DNA from: Octopus sinensis
Taxonomy: Eukaryota
Assembly: GCF_006345805.1 (NCBI RefSeq)
Contig: NC_042997.1
Location: 44,516,001 to 44,580,000 of the forward strand
Length of the DNA stretch: 64,000 nucleotides
Reading direction: 5' to 3'
Below the pieces are notes generated by a model. It worked only from the letters and a program-made list of their open reading frames with translations, ran no database searches and had not been told where the DNA came from. Below are positions 52,655-64,000 of the stretch, one piece after another. Position numbers and translations under genes: made by a program. Each line of letters opens with the position of its first letter. The first letter of the stretch is position 1.

Positions 52655-53760
52655 ACATGCCAACTGCGTCCATAGTTCTAACTCTCTGTCAACATTATTT
52701 GCAGTCAGGATTCATGGCTAGTTTTTAGTTTTCTTACTTTTGCTTGAAATTGTTTCTTGATGTTGCATATTTTTGTTTCCTTTGCCAATTATTGTAAGAT
52801 TTATGATAGAGAAGTATGTCCTAAGAATATTGTAGGGGTGGCTTTGTTATCATGAATAAGGGGCAAAAATGTGATGTCCAGTACCTCTCTAGTATATTAG
52901 TATCTCAGCTTGTTGCATGTGAGGGACCATGCACTTTTCTAAAAAGCAATTCTGCTTTCCTTCAGTTATGCTTTGAAGTGTCTTTGAGAATGATAACTCC
53001 AGTCATTTTGGTTTTAAAACATTGAAGTCCCCCAGATAGAGTACATCTTGTTTTAATGGTTGAAGTTATTCACTGCGTTCTTTATTTTTGACGTAACCTT
53101 TTGACTGTGAGATTAAATTTCCATGGTTATTCCAGTAATGATGTTAAATATCTATCAAAAATAGAATTGGTATTTTCTGCAAGTCGATTTGCTTCAATAA
53201 ACTCAACATGTCTCAACAACAATAACAAAATAAAAAAAAGCTTCAAACATGATATTCCTCGACAAAAGACATTGGCATTTAAAACTGCTTTCCACATTAA
53301 GGGTAATGAAATTTTGAGTGGATATATCTGATTTCCACTTCAGATGGGTTAAGGTTATCTTTAATATGTTGTGCAAAGATTTAGATCTTTTGGTTGGTAG
53401 TATGTTATGACTGAAACCAAATTGAGTTGAACAACTTGGGATGAATGTATCAGATACAGAGCTAGAGTGTGACAACAGCAGATATATGTATACGTATTGC
53501 AACTATATTGTCACTGCTATACCTGTCTGCAAAAAAAAAAAAAGAATAGTTTAAATATTCACATCTGTATCTGATACATCGACTATGAGCTGAATACATG
53601 TGTCTATTTACACACACATGAATGTACACATGTATTTGTTTAAAGCTTATGATTCACTCTGGCTCCACATTAATTTTTTCACTTGTATGCATTTGCTGTC
53701 TTTGTTGCTTAAATTGATTCAAACATTAATACATGTGAGAAACCCAGAGTAAGTGACAAA
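52655..53760 (+). other. Candidate terminal exon and 3' UTR of the + strand host gene
   Basis: Very strong acceptor (T-run...tttatgttgcacag) followed by short open frames and about 1.1 kb of repeat-free AT-rich sequence with aataaa; frame unresolved. Confidence 0.25.
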
Positions 53761-53825
53761 GTGAATTATTAGTCCTAAGCAAATGAAAGTACTCTACTAC
53801 TTATATTGAATACTTTTCTCTTCCT

Positions 53826-53858
<33 letters not shown>

Positions 53859-54009
53859 ATATATATATATATATTATATTATATTAAATTAGAGATAAAA
53901 CCACTATTAGGCAAATCATACAATGAAAAACTTAAGCCAATACATAAGATTAATGAATTTATATTATTTTAAATATATATCAAAATTATTAAAAAAAGAT
54001 AATTAGTAT

Positions 54010-54076
54010 AACACTACGATCGTTTCATGGCTGTCCAATTCGTAAAAATTCGAGTTACAGTCATTCTTCAGGTGAT
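54010..54076 (-). ncRNA. Putative minimal type-I hammerhead ribozyme
   Basis: Minus strand: ATCAC-CTGAAGA-ATGACTGT[loop]ACAGCCAT-GAAACGATCGT-A-GTGTT. Intact CUGANGA and GAAA, stem II 7/8 bp, palindromic stem III ACGATCGT, GUA cleavage triplet, stem I CAC/GTG. Confidence 0.62.
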
Positions 54077-54088
54077 TGAAATATCAGA

Positions 54089-54130
<42 letters not shown>

Positions 54131-54589
54131 TATATATGTAGAAATGAGTTGCAACGTCACTGGTGTCAAGCTGTATCGACCTTTGTCTTTCCCTTGGATA
54201 ACACTGGTGGTGTGGAGAGGGGAGGCTGGTATGCATGGGCGACTGCTGGTCTTCCATAAACAACCTTGCCCGGACTTGTGTCTAGGAGGGTAACTTTCTA
54301 GGTGCAATCCCATGGTCATTCATGACCGAAGGGGGTCTTTATAATAAGAAAATATATGCACACACATACACAGAGTACATATGTGTATGCATGCATGCAG
54401 GCATATATATATATATACTTTTATATATAAGAAAGAGAGATGACACAGGAAAAAAATGATAGTTATGCTATGAACTTCATTAGCTTACAGCTGTTTCTGC
54501 TGTTCATAACATAAGCATCCTTTTTCCTGTGTCATCACTTTCTCTTACTACTGCTCTACACTCGTCTAACACTTTGTTCTGAAACATAC

Positions 54590-55130
54590 ATATATCGAGT
54601 TCTACACCAGGTTATGAATCTTGCAGTGCCTAAGCAATATATCTGTTTTGCCAACAACTTGCACATGCACGTGCTACCAGTTGAAAGCTCTGCATACCAG
54701 AAGTCAGCAAGTGTATGGACTCAACAGAAGAGAATGCGTGCCGTTTCGGGGTCTACTTCTTGACGCCATCAATGCACTCTTCCCCCTTCCCACTAACATG
54801 TGGCCCCATTTACTAGATCAATTGGCTATCAAATAAAGCTCGATATTCTTCTAGCCATTGCACATTGTTACTTTTTAAGCCAATCCAAAGGCTAGCCTTC
54901 TCCACTGTAGTTTGGATATCGGTCATGGTGGTATTTACTTTACGATGAGTTAGGCCTAATGATAACAACAGTTGCCTCACACTGTGTCCAACAAATCCTC
55001 TACATCTGACTTCGATTGGAAAATGCTCCACTTTCCAGCCTGTGTCTTCATATTCCTGGAGGAGGTTTACATAACGGTCAATCTTTCGAGCCTGAGCGGT
55101 GTCCATGTTATCTTCATATGTATGATTAGA
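54590..55130 (-). mobile_element. 5'-truncated restriction-like-endonuclease non-LTR element (HERO/NeSL-like), 3' end
   Basis: YEDNMDTAQARKIDRYVNLLQEYEDTGWKVEHFPIEVRCRGFVGHS...EKASLWIGLK matches the RLE C-terminal pattern WE.....A.ERK...Y...GW.....PVEVGCRGF. Confidence 0.75.
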
Positions 55131-55203
55131 AGAAAAAATGAGATTAAAAATCCAGGCAGATATCAATAAAGCACTCAGTTTTAAATAAATTTGGTTAAAT
55201 ATA

Positions 55204-55610
55204 GGCGTAGGAGTGGCTGTGTGATAAGTAGCTTGCTTACGAACCACATGGTTCCGGGTTCAGTCCTACTGCTTGGCACCTTGGACAAGTGTCTTCTACT
55301 ATAGCCTTGGGCTGACCAAGGATTTGGTGGACAGAAACTGAAAGCAGCCCGTCGTATATATGTATATATATATATACGTATGTATGTGTGTGTGTGTATA
55401 TGTTTGTGTGTATCTGTGTTTGTCCCCCTCAACATCGCTTGACAACTAATGCTGGTGTGTTTACGTCCCCGTAACTTAGTGGTTTGGCAAAAGAGACCGA
55501 TAGAATAAGTACTGGGCTTACAAAGAATAAGTCCTGGGGTCGATTTGCTCGACTAAAGGCAGTGCTCCAGCATGGCCACCGTCAAATGACTGAAACAAGA
55601 AAGTAAAGAG
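55204..55610 (+). mobile_element. OK-like SINE
   Basis: Matches the family. Confidence 0.87.
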
Positions 55611-55973
55611 TATATCCAGCAATCAGACAGACATCAATAAATGCAAGTAGATCCAAATATCATTTAGAAGAATCTCAAGAAATTCAGACTATTTACTGGA
55701 TGAGCTATTAAGAAGTTGGCTTAACAGTTAAGTGGTTCCGGGTTTAATTCTGCTGTATGGTATCTTAGGTGAATGTCTTATGCTGTAGGTTTGTGTTGAA
55801 CGAAGTCTTGTGAGCATAATTAAATAAATAACAACTGTATTGAAAGTTCATCAAATAGACTGTACATTCTATTTCTAAGGGCCAGCCTTATTCATCCATT
55901 ATGTACACTGATCCTGGGTCAAAGATTACAGTCAGGATATGCATCATGTTTAGAAAGTACTGTGCAACATGTA

Positions 55974-56370
55974 GGCGCAGGAGTGGCTGTGTGGTAAGTA
56001 GCTTGCTAACCAACCACATGGTTCCGGGTTCAGTCCCACTGCGTGGCATCTTGGGCAAGTGTCTTCTGCTATAGCCCCGGGCCGACCAATGCCTTGTGAG
56101 TGGATTTGGTAGACGGAAACTGAAAGAAGCCTGTCGTATATATGTATATGTATATATATATATGTGTGTGTGTGTGTTTGTGTGTCTGTGTTTGTTCCCC
56201 TAGCATTGCTTGACAACCGATGCTGGTGTGTTTACGTCCCCATCACTTAGCGGTTCGGCAAAAGAGACCGATAGAATAAGTACTGGGCTTACTCCTGGGG
56301 TCGATTTGATCAACTGAAGGCGGTGCTCCAGCATGGCCGCAGTTAAATGACTGAAACAAGTAAAAGAGAG
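55974..56370 (+). mobile_element. OK-like SINE
   Basis: Matches the family. Confidence 0.9.
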
Positions 56371-57549
56371 TATGTATCATGATTCAGTGAGTTTATAACT
56401 CAGTTGATCAGACAATTGGAATAGTCATTTATTTATTAGGTGGTTCTAGAGAGTGGAGTAATGGTGTGGCCCTACTGAGACTAGTGGACATTGGTGCTCT
56501 CAACATTCTTCTGAAGCTGTTGCAAGTTGAAACGTGCAGGAAAGGCATGAGCAAGGCGGGGGTTTCTGATTGGGTGATGTTAAGAGTGCAACTGGGTGTG
56601 TTGCTTAGGGTGGGGGGTGGCTTGACACAACATGGGTACTGAGAGGAGGTGTGATGAATAAGTCAGGAGTGGATGTGGTATGAGCCAGCTCCAAGAAGAG
56701 GCCATTATAGTCACAGTAGAAAAAGTAAAGGGATGAGATAATATACTTGTGTGCTAAGAGGCTGGAGTGTGTCTTTGAGTGATTTTGTTAATCAAGTGGC
56801 CTTACCCTGGACGTGCTCTTAGATGTGTGTGTACAGTAATATCAATATCCCAGGTGTAAGAATAATACACTGTTGTTATGGGTCTTACTTGAGCTTTGTA
56901 GAGTGTCCTTAATTATCGGAAGGTAAATTATTTTCTGACCCTGAAGAGGACCAGTCTTTGGAATAAAGGCTCTTTCTATTTTACGGGTTTGCTTTTGTCA
57001 GGAGAGCTCCTCTGTGATTGTGAAACTAACATTTACAGCTCTCGTTGCTCATGTTTAAAGAGGGTAGGGTGCTATGATGTTTTCTTGATACGAGTAGGGC
57101 TTGAGGGGTTTTGCAGTTGAAAAAGACAAGATCACCATTCTCTCATTGGGGTGTGCTTTTGAGGGCTTTACTCATGGAATATCATACACTCACACACCTA
57201 CACGTTTGGGAGTACAAGCAATAGAAAAATGATATATGTAGAATTTTATTAGCTTGAAGCTAATGATTTACTTGGTTGCTACTCCGAGTTATCTCACTTT
57301 ATATTGTTATGTATGTGTACACACACACACACACATACCTACCTAAACACAGGTTATGTTAGCGTGTTATTCTGTTGTGTGGTACCGAATATTTGCCATG
57401 TTTGCATCTTTTTTTCTTTGTGGCAAATATATTGTTTAGCATGACACATTGTATTATTACTAATTAATCATTTGAAAAACAATTAATTTAGAACAAATGA
57501 CCTTTATCCATTATATTTTTTTAATACTTTACTGCAGTTAGATTTTCTT

Positions 57550-58413
57550 TTTCACTTTCTGTTTAGTAACTGCGTCGACTATTTCAGCGGCTGCTTGTTC
57601 TTCATTTCTTCTCTTTTCTTTGTATTTTCTTCGTCTGTAAATTATGCCACTGACGTCTTTCTAAAAGGCATGAACACCTTAGAATCCAATTTTTCCTCCC
57701 GTCAAAAATGTTAGGCCTTATGAAAAAATATTTACACTACTTTCCCCCCCCCCCCCCGGTTGTAGCCATTTCGTTCTATATCATTAACAACTTTAATATC
57801 GTCACTAAAGCTTTTTTAGAAAGGCATGAACGTCACATAATCCCAATTACATCTCTCTTTATAAATCAGTTGCTTTGTATTTATGCAAGTTATTATTATT
57901 GATTGTAGTTTTGTCGTTATAGTTATCTCGAGTCCCTTCTATTGTTTCAAAAGTTCCTTTGCCATTTTCCAGGGTCCACGTCCCGCTCGCTGCTACTCAC
58001 GCAATGCCTTCTCCTCTAACCACCACTCTTACTTTGACCCTTGTCTTCCTCCCTACTTCACCCCAAGTCCACAACACTATCATCGGTGATAAAGACAACA
58101 AGAAAAAGATTTTAAAAAAATAAAATAAAATAGAATAGAATATGTTATTCGGGTAATATTCCAGTTGGAGTTTTTTCAAACTGTTATTAATTTGACAGGA
58201 TCGGTCGGTGAACGAACCAACAAGGAATTCATGAAGCTTCCTGTGTTAAAAGACAAATAATAATATCGAGTGACTTCGTAGGTTTACATCGCCCCAGCGC
58301 CGCCACCATCAAGAGATCTCGACATCTCCATCTCCACTCTATGCAATGTAGTCCACTGTAAACAAGTTGTATAAACATACACTCTCACACACATCACCAC
58401 CCCCTCTCCCTCG

Positions 58414-58447
<34 letters not shown>

Positions 58448-60800
58448 GCACGCACCACGCACTTGTCATCGATAAATTTCCGGATTTATAGGCTCGGCTT
58501 GGATTTTTGGTTTAGCAAAACTAGGATTTTGATTACTAATGTTTTTCGCCAAACAACTGCGTGAGTATAATATCATTCATATTCACTTACTTTCACGTAC
58601 ACACTCACTTATACGTATGTGTGTGTGTTCGCAATGTCGATACGTATGTGTGTGTGTGTGTATGTATTTATGCATCAATATATATATGTATGGACACATG
58701 GACACGAAACTATACAAATATACATACCCACCTCACATATATATACGAATATAAACAAAAGCAATCGAACGACCCAACGACAGAGCCGCTATGCTCAGCA
58801 TGCTAGAAATAGCAGTTAGATTTACTGAAATTAAACACTACCGTCTTATGAAAGGAATGACATTGAGTAATGTCCTGGATATACGAAAAAAAATGCGATT
58901 GTCATGGTTGGAACTCCTTTGCTTTTAGATCTGCTCCAGTCGGGGCTGACAAGAGGCTAAACAATAGCACATAATTAAACATACATTTACGAATTTTTAC
59001 ACGCTGGCTTATATAGAAACCTACATAAACGTGTTTATATATATACATATATAAAACACATGTATATCATTATTTTGAGAAGTCATTAGCCAAAACCTGC
59101 TGAAGTTTCAAGTAAAATATATCGGTGGTGTTGTGTAACTGTTTAATCTTTTGTGTGTGATTCTCCCCTTCCATTATGGATAAAGAAAGGAAGGCCGGAG
59201 AAAACTGAATGTTTTGTGTGAGAAACATTTGTTTTATAAACAGGCGAGGCGGCCGTGTCTGAGATTACTATTTCTTCGATCTCTTCTCGTATTTCCGAAC
59301 GAAACGTTTTTCTTTTACTGTGATTGTGTTCAACAACTGGTCTAATTAACATTGCGCTAATTACATGTTAGCTCTCTCTCCCTCCTCTTCGCACTCTCGG
59401 ATCTTTTGTTTCCCCTCTTATTCTTTCTTTCGTTCTTTGACCTAATTGTTGAGGTGTCGCTCTTCTAAAACAAATGTTTAGGTTTCCTTTTTAAAGTTGC
59501 ATCCCGTCCGTTTCAAACTCCATATGAAGTCGACAGACAGCAGCAGTGTAGTCCTCCTTCCTAGCTCCTCTCTACTCACATTAGTTCTCTAACATTTATT
59601 ATTTTTATTAGTGGAGTTTTATTATACTTTCCTCCTTTCGACTGTCTTATTTTTATTTGACGATGGACATAAACTGCTTTATGAAGTCGAAAGGTTTGTA
59701 AAGTAGAAGAATTGAAAATAAAATTAATTACATTTCGGTAGGTGTGTGACGGCATTTCAATGGCTTGTTTCAAAGAAAGTAAATTAAGTTAATCGTTTTT
59801 CTTTAAAAGAAAAAACACAAAAAAACACGCTCATACACAAGTTCCTTCACCAGTTTCTTCGAAATGCGGTCCACAAAAACTACAAGGCTCTACGAATTGA
59901 CACAAGTCCTACACTTATTTTATCGGCCCTGGCAGATGGAAAATTAAGCTGACCCCTGCTGTGTTTGAAACCCCCCAAATTAATAACTTATTGCTGATTT
60001 GCGAATTCTTTATGTTTTTACTGTTAAATCTATGAATAGTTTGAGGGTTATAATTGCAAATAGTCACAGCTTAAAACATGCAGTCAGTGAAGAATGGAAT
60101 GTCAAAGGTTCAATCATCCATCGGATGTTTTGGCGCCACAGGACGCTGTACGCATCCCCTGTTTCCGTAGTATTAAGTAATTAGGAGACTAATTCAATTT
60201 TGGATAGTGCTTGGGTTGATAATTAGAAACTTTGGTACTTATTGTTCAGTTAGTTAAACCTAAGCAGAATTAAGACTTTTCTGGTGTATAAAACACCTGT
60301 AGTTAGGTATCAAGCCTAAGATCTGATGTCCTAGTGCCTCACACAATTAGCTATTTTATCTTCTTGTTTAGTGTAGGGAACACTGGAAGGAGAAACGCTA
60401 TTGTTTAGCGCCAGTTAAGCGTTGATGAAGCCTTCCATGCCCCCAACCCCCAGCACAGTGCTTTTAGGTGGGTGATTTGAAGGAAACTTAGCTGCTAGTA
60501 ATGTTAGACGTTGGAGTGGCTGAGTAAGACGTAATGTTGCTGTTTTAACTTTAGATCTTCTCTCTTTCCGGTCTTTATATATTATATATACGATAGATGT
60601 AAGTTATGTCTACCTTGTTTGGCGTGTGCTTCCCTTCTTTTGAAGATAGTGCAGTGTAGCTGAGAGGTATTTTCTAGCTGTTCGATCGACCGTGTAGCCG
60701 CTCGTTGTCCCCCCCCCCCAAGTAGAAGGAGCCTCTACGTGGTCTTTCGACCTTCGAGAAATAACAACCGAATCTTCCTCAAATCGTATTTTACTGTTTA
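57550..60800. promoter_or_regulatory. CpG-enriched, SINE-free promoter-like island
   Basis: By hand, about 29 CpG in 58201-58800 versus 3 in 12001-13000; (CT)n tract at about 58410-58447; GTGAGT donors on + (58561) and on - (58000, about 59579). Confidence 0.5.
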
Positions 60801-61504
60801 AAATAAAGTATTGGATAATTTTTATCAGGGGGCACCTTATTTCTTGAAGAAGTAATGTTGTCTGGAGTAGGTGAGGAATTGTATGAAGAGTGGATGGATG
60901 TAAGTGTTTTGATTAACTTTTGCTTCGGTGCTGTCCGTTGGTTGAGAAAGAAGCTCATTGTCAGTTTGGTAAGAAGCGAAGAGGCGAGAAGAAATTAGAA
61001 AATTAGTGGACCTCAGTTAGGTGAGATAAAATTAGCTATTTAGTTGGAATAACTGTCTTTACGAATAGCCTTCATTTCTTTCCGTCTATTTGGACTGGTA
61101 TTCTGTATGTTGTGTGTAGAAAAATATCAATCATAAATTTACTGAGGGTGATAGCACAGTTTTCTTTCTTTATACACCCATCTTCAGGTGTAATTCTTGA
61201 CAATAGCAAAGAAAGCTAAATTTGATGTTGATACAGTATTATTGCTGACAGGCGTGGCTGTCTTGTAAGAAGTTTGCCTCCCAACCACAGGGTTCTGGGT
61301 TCAGTCAGGCAGCTTGGCATTTGGGGTGTCTTCTACTATAGCCCTGGGACTACTATAGCTTTATGAGTAGATTTTGTGATAGAAACCAAAAGAAGCCTGT
61401 TGATTACACACACACACATATTAGAGGGAAAAGGACATCAAAAACCAAGGCAAGCTGAGTATATCAAGTCATTTATAATAATTTAATTAGGGTAAGGTTA
61501 ATTT

Positions 61505-64000
61505 GAAGTCTTACAGCTGATTCTGGGATATCCCAAGTGATAGGCTAGCGTGTCTATAGACACTGGGTATTCGGTCATCAGAGATAAAGCGAGTATGTAT
61601 GAAAGTTCTAGACAGGGAAATTCACAGTTTATAAGGAATAAAAGTAGATAAAAGAAAACAGACAGAATAATAAAAGTTCAGAGTTCATCTTTTTCCAGAG
61701 GGTATGGATGGTGGTGTGTACTTCCGTAAAGGTATAGGTCTTTATGCTTAATCCCAGGTAAATCCAGGCAGTATTTTGAATGATGCATTCTTGTTGAAGT
61801 GATTAGCTAGTGTGCAAACGGTCTGCAGTATATAGAGTGAGGAAAACAGACATCAAGATAGAGAGAAGTGGGCCGTGAGGGAGTGGATAGAAGAGAGAGG
61901 AGAAAGAGAGAGAAAAAGAAAGACAGGAATGTGATAGGTGTGGTGGGGGTGGAGAATGAATGGGATTGAAAGTTAAGTAAAATCAAAATAAAAAAAAGGA
62001 ATAAACAGAATAAAGATGGAAGCACTCCGTCGGTTACGACGACGAGGGTTCCGGTCGATCCGACCAACGGAACAGCCTGCTCGTGAAATTAACGTGTAAG
62101 TAGCTGAGCACTCCACAGACACGTGTACCCTTAACGTAGTTCTCTGGGATATTCAGCGTGACACAGAGAGTGACAAGGCCAGCCCCTTGAAATACAGGTA
62201 CAACAGAAACAGGAAGTAAGAGTGAGAGAAAGTTGTGGTGAAAGAGTACAGCAGGGATCACCACCATCCCTGCCGGAGCCTCGTGGAGCTTTTAGGTGTT
62301 TTCGCTCAATAAACACTCACAATGCCCGGTCTGGGAATCGAAACCGCGATCGTATGACTGCGAGTCCGCTGCCCTAACCACTGGGCCATTGCGCCTCCAC
62401 TAGAATAAAGATAGAAATAAGGTGACAGTATTCTTCTTAGGTCAGGTTTTGGTGAAGTGGAGGAGGCAGGTATTTATGTCTTGATTAAATAGGTTAGGTG
62501 TGGTCAGTGGTCAGTCAGGAGAGCTAAATAGACTAAAAGTAGATGTCCAGCTTAAGGGGGTATATACAGGATAAAACTACAATTAAATGGAGAAAGAACA
62601 CAAATTAAAGAATTTAAATTTAAGGAATGAAGCAATCTGGCTTCTAAAATATTTATGTTGATAGAGAAGAAAAAGAAAGGAAAGGAAAAGCACACGTATA
62701 TTGTAATGACTGTGGAAGCATTTAGGTGTTATGTGTGTTTATTTTGCTTGCATTTGGATCTGTGGAAGAATCTCAAGGTGTGAAGGAACTTATGCTTACC
62801 TGTAGAAAATGCTTCGTGTTGTTTATTGAATAATTGCAGAGAATTATGAATTAATATTTGGAGGGCTCCTTTCAGGCAGAGTCCACATGTAGAGGCACTG
62901 GCCTTGGAATGGGATGCCAGAGTCTATTATGGTCCAGCATATCCCTATACAGTACTTTTCTATTTATCAGGTGGTTGGCTAGGGACTTGGATTTGCTATG
63001 TTCTTCATATTTAAATGAGTTTAGATGTGCAGAATATCTCTGTTCAAAACTAGTTGTAGACCCGATGTAGTCAGGTAATACAATTATGTAATATGTTGTG
63101 GGCAATGCATTGGTACACTACGTTAAACCTTTTGCAGTGGGTTTGCAGCAGGCATTCGGTCCCGGATCGGCAGTTGCAGCTATCTGTCCTATGTAAGTTA
63201 GTTGTAGAGAGGGAAGATGTACTATTTATGGACAAATTAAAGTTAAGGGTGGTATTAGGGGATTGGCTCATATCCTTATTATTACTATTATTATTATTAT
63301 TAGTAGTAGCCGTAGTAGTAGTAGTAGTAGTAGTACTGGTCATATTAGAGTTATTAGCGTTAGTAGTAGCAGTAGTGCTATTAGTATTAACATTCTTTTT
63401 AGCTGTACTCTGACCTTACTCAGAAGTGGGGATGTTCACATCCTGGTGGTGTTATGGCTGCAGTTTATGTTATCATGTGCAGCATTTAGTGTTTTCACTA
63501 TGTTATCATTATATATATTTAGGTAGTAGGAATTAAATTTACACTTATTGGTTGAAGTAACAATAGATTCTATATTGGGTGGAGAGGAGTAGGATATTTT
63601 CAGAGTAGATCTGTTGAAAATCAAATGGTACTTATGGCTACGTGGGATGTTAAAGTCTATGATATGAAAAAATAGTTTTGGCTAAGCCAAAATTTTAAAT
63701 TTTAATTCTTCAATTTGTATCTTTTATCCATTTAATTGTAGTTTTATCCTACATATACCCCCTTAAGCTAGGCATCTATTTCTAGCTGTTGCCACTGACT
63801 TCATCTAACCTATTTAATCAATGGACATAATTACTTTCCTCCTCCACCCTACCAAAACCTTTTACGCTTGACCCCCCCCCTATCTACTTTTACTCTTTAT
63901 TCTTTTATTTTATTCCTTATAAACTGTGAATTTCCCTGTCTAGAACTTTCATACAGACTCACTTTATCTCTGATGACGGAATACCCAGTGTCTATAGACA
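61505..64000 (-). mobile_element. Penelope-like element remnant: GIY-YIG region between inverted pseudo-LTR arms with hammerhead relics
   Basis: Minus peptides IFNRSTLKISYSSPPNIESIV, CNCRSGTECLLQTHC..NVVYQC and YIGSTTSFEQRYSAHLNSFK...SKSLANHL; about 61545-61660 and 62440-62620 are reverse complements of parts of 63690-64000. Confidence 0.8.
62018..62398 (-). mobile_element. OR2-like SINE inserted into the Penelope arm, with 11-bp TSD
   Basis: TSD agaataaagat at 62007-62017 and 62402-62412. Confidence 0.9.

Noticed and set aside
63093-63526. Hydrophobic + strand ORFs suggesting a membrane protein
   Set aside because: Antisense reading of the (ATT)/(AGT) repeats within the Penelope remnant.

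Overview
AT-rich, repeat-dense eukaryotic genomic DNA. The SINE families resemble the octopus tRNA-derived OK/OR1/OR2 SINEs, so this is most likely a cephalopod (Octopus) genome; that is an inference from recall, not a database result. No long intact protein-coding ORF is present, and nearly all ORFs in the supplied track are read-throughs of SINEs, microsatellites or decayed transposons. Mobile content: about 15 copies of an OK-like SINE, OR1- and OR2-like SINEs, a roughly 3.2-kb frameshifted RTE/BovB LINE (38.6-41.9 kb), RTE 3' fragments with tandem-repeat UTRs, a HERO/NeSL-like RLE fragment, two decayed mariners plus a mariner-like MITE, a Buster/Charlie hAT remnant, three TTAA piggyBac-like MITEs, three non-autonomous Helitrons and Penelope-like (GIY-YIG) remnants. 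Short splice-bounded segments suggest an unidentified, intron-rich host gene, probably on +, and a CpG-rich promoter-like island lies at about 57.5-60.8 kb. The most interesting signal is a set of minimal type-I hammerhead-ribozyme motifs with palindromic stem III (54.0 kb, 10.7 kb, 6.9 kb, plus relics at 31.6 and 61.5/64.0 kb). Several sit in inverted-repeat elements, and one flanks a tRNA-like head, suggesting hammerhead-bearing, Penelope-dependent non-autonomous elements. Ribozyme activity is inferred from motif fit only.
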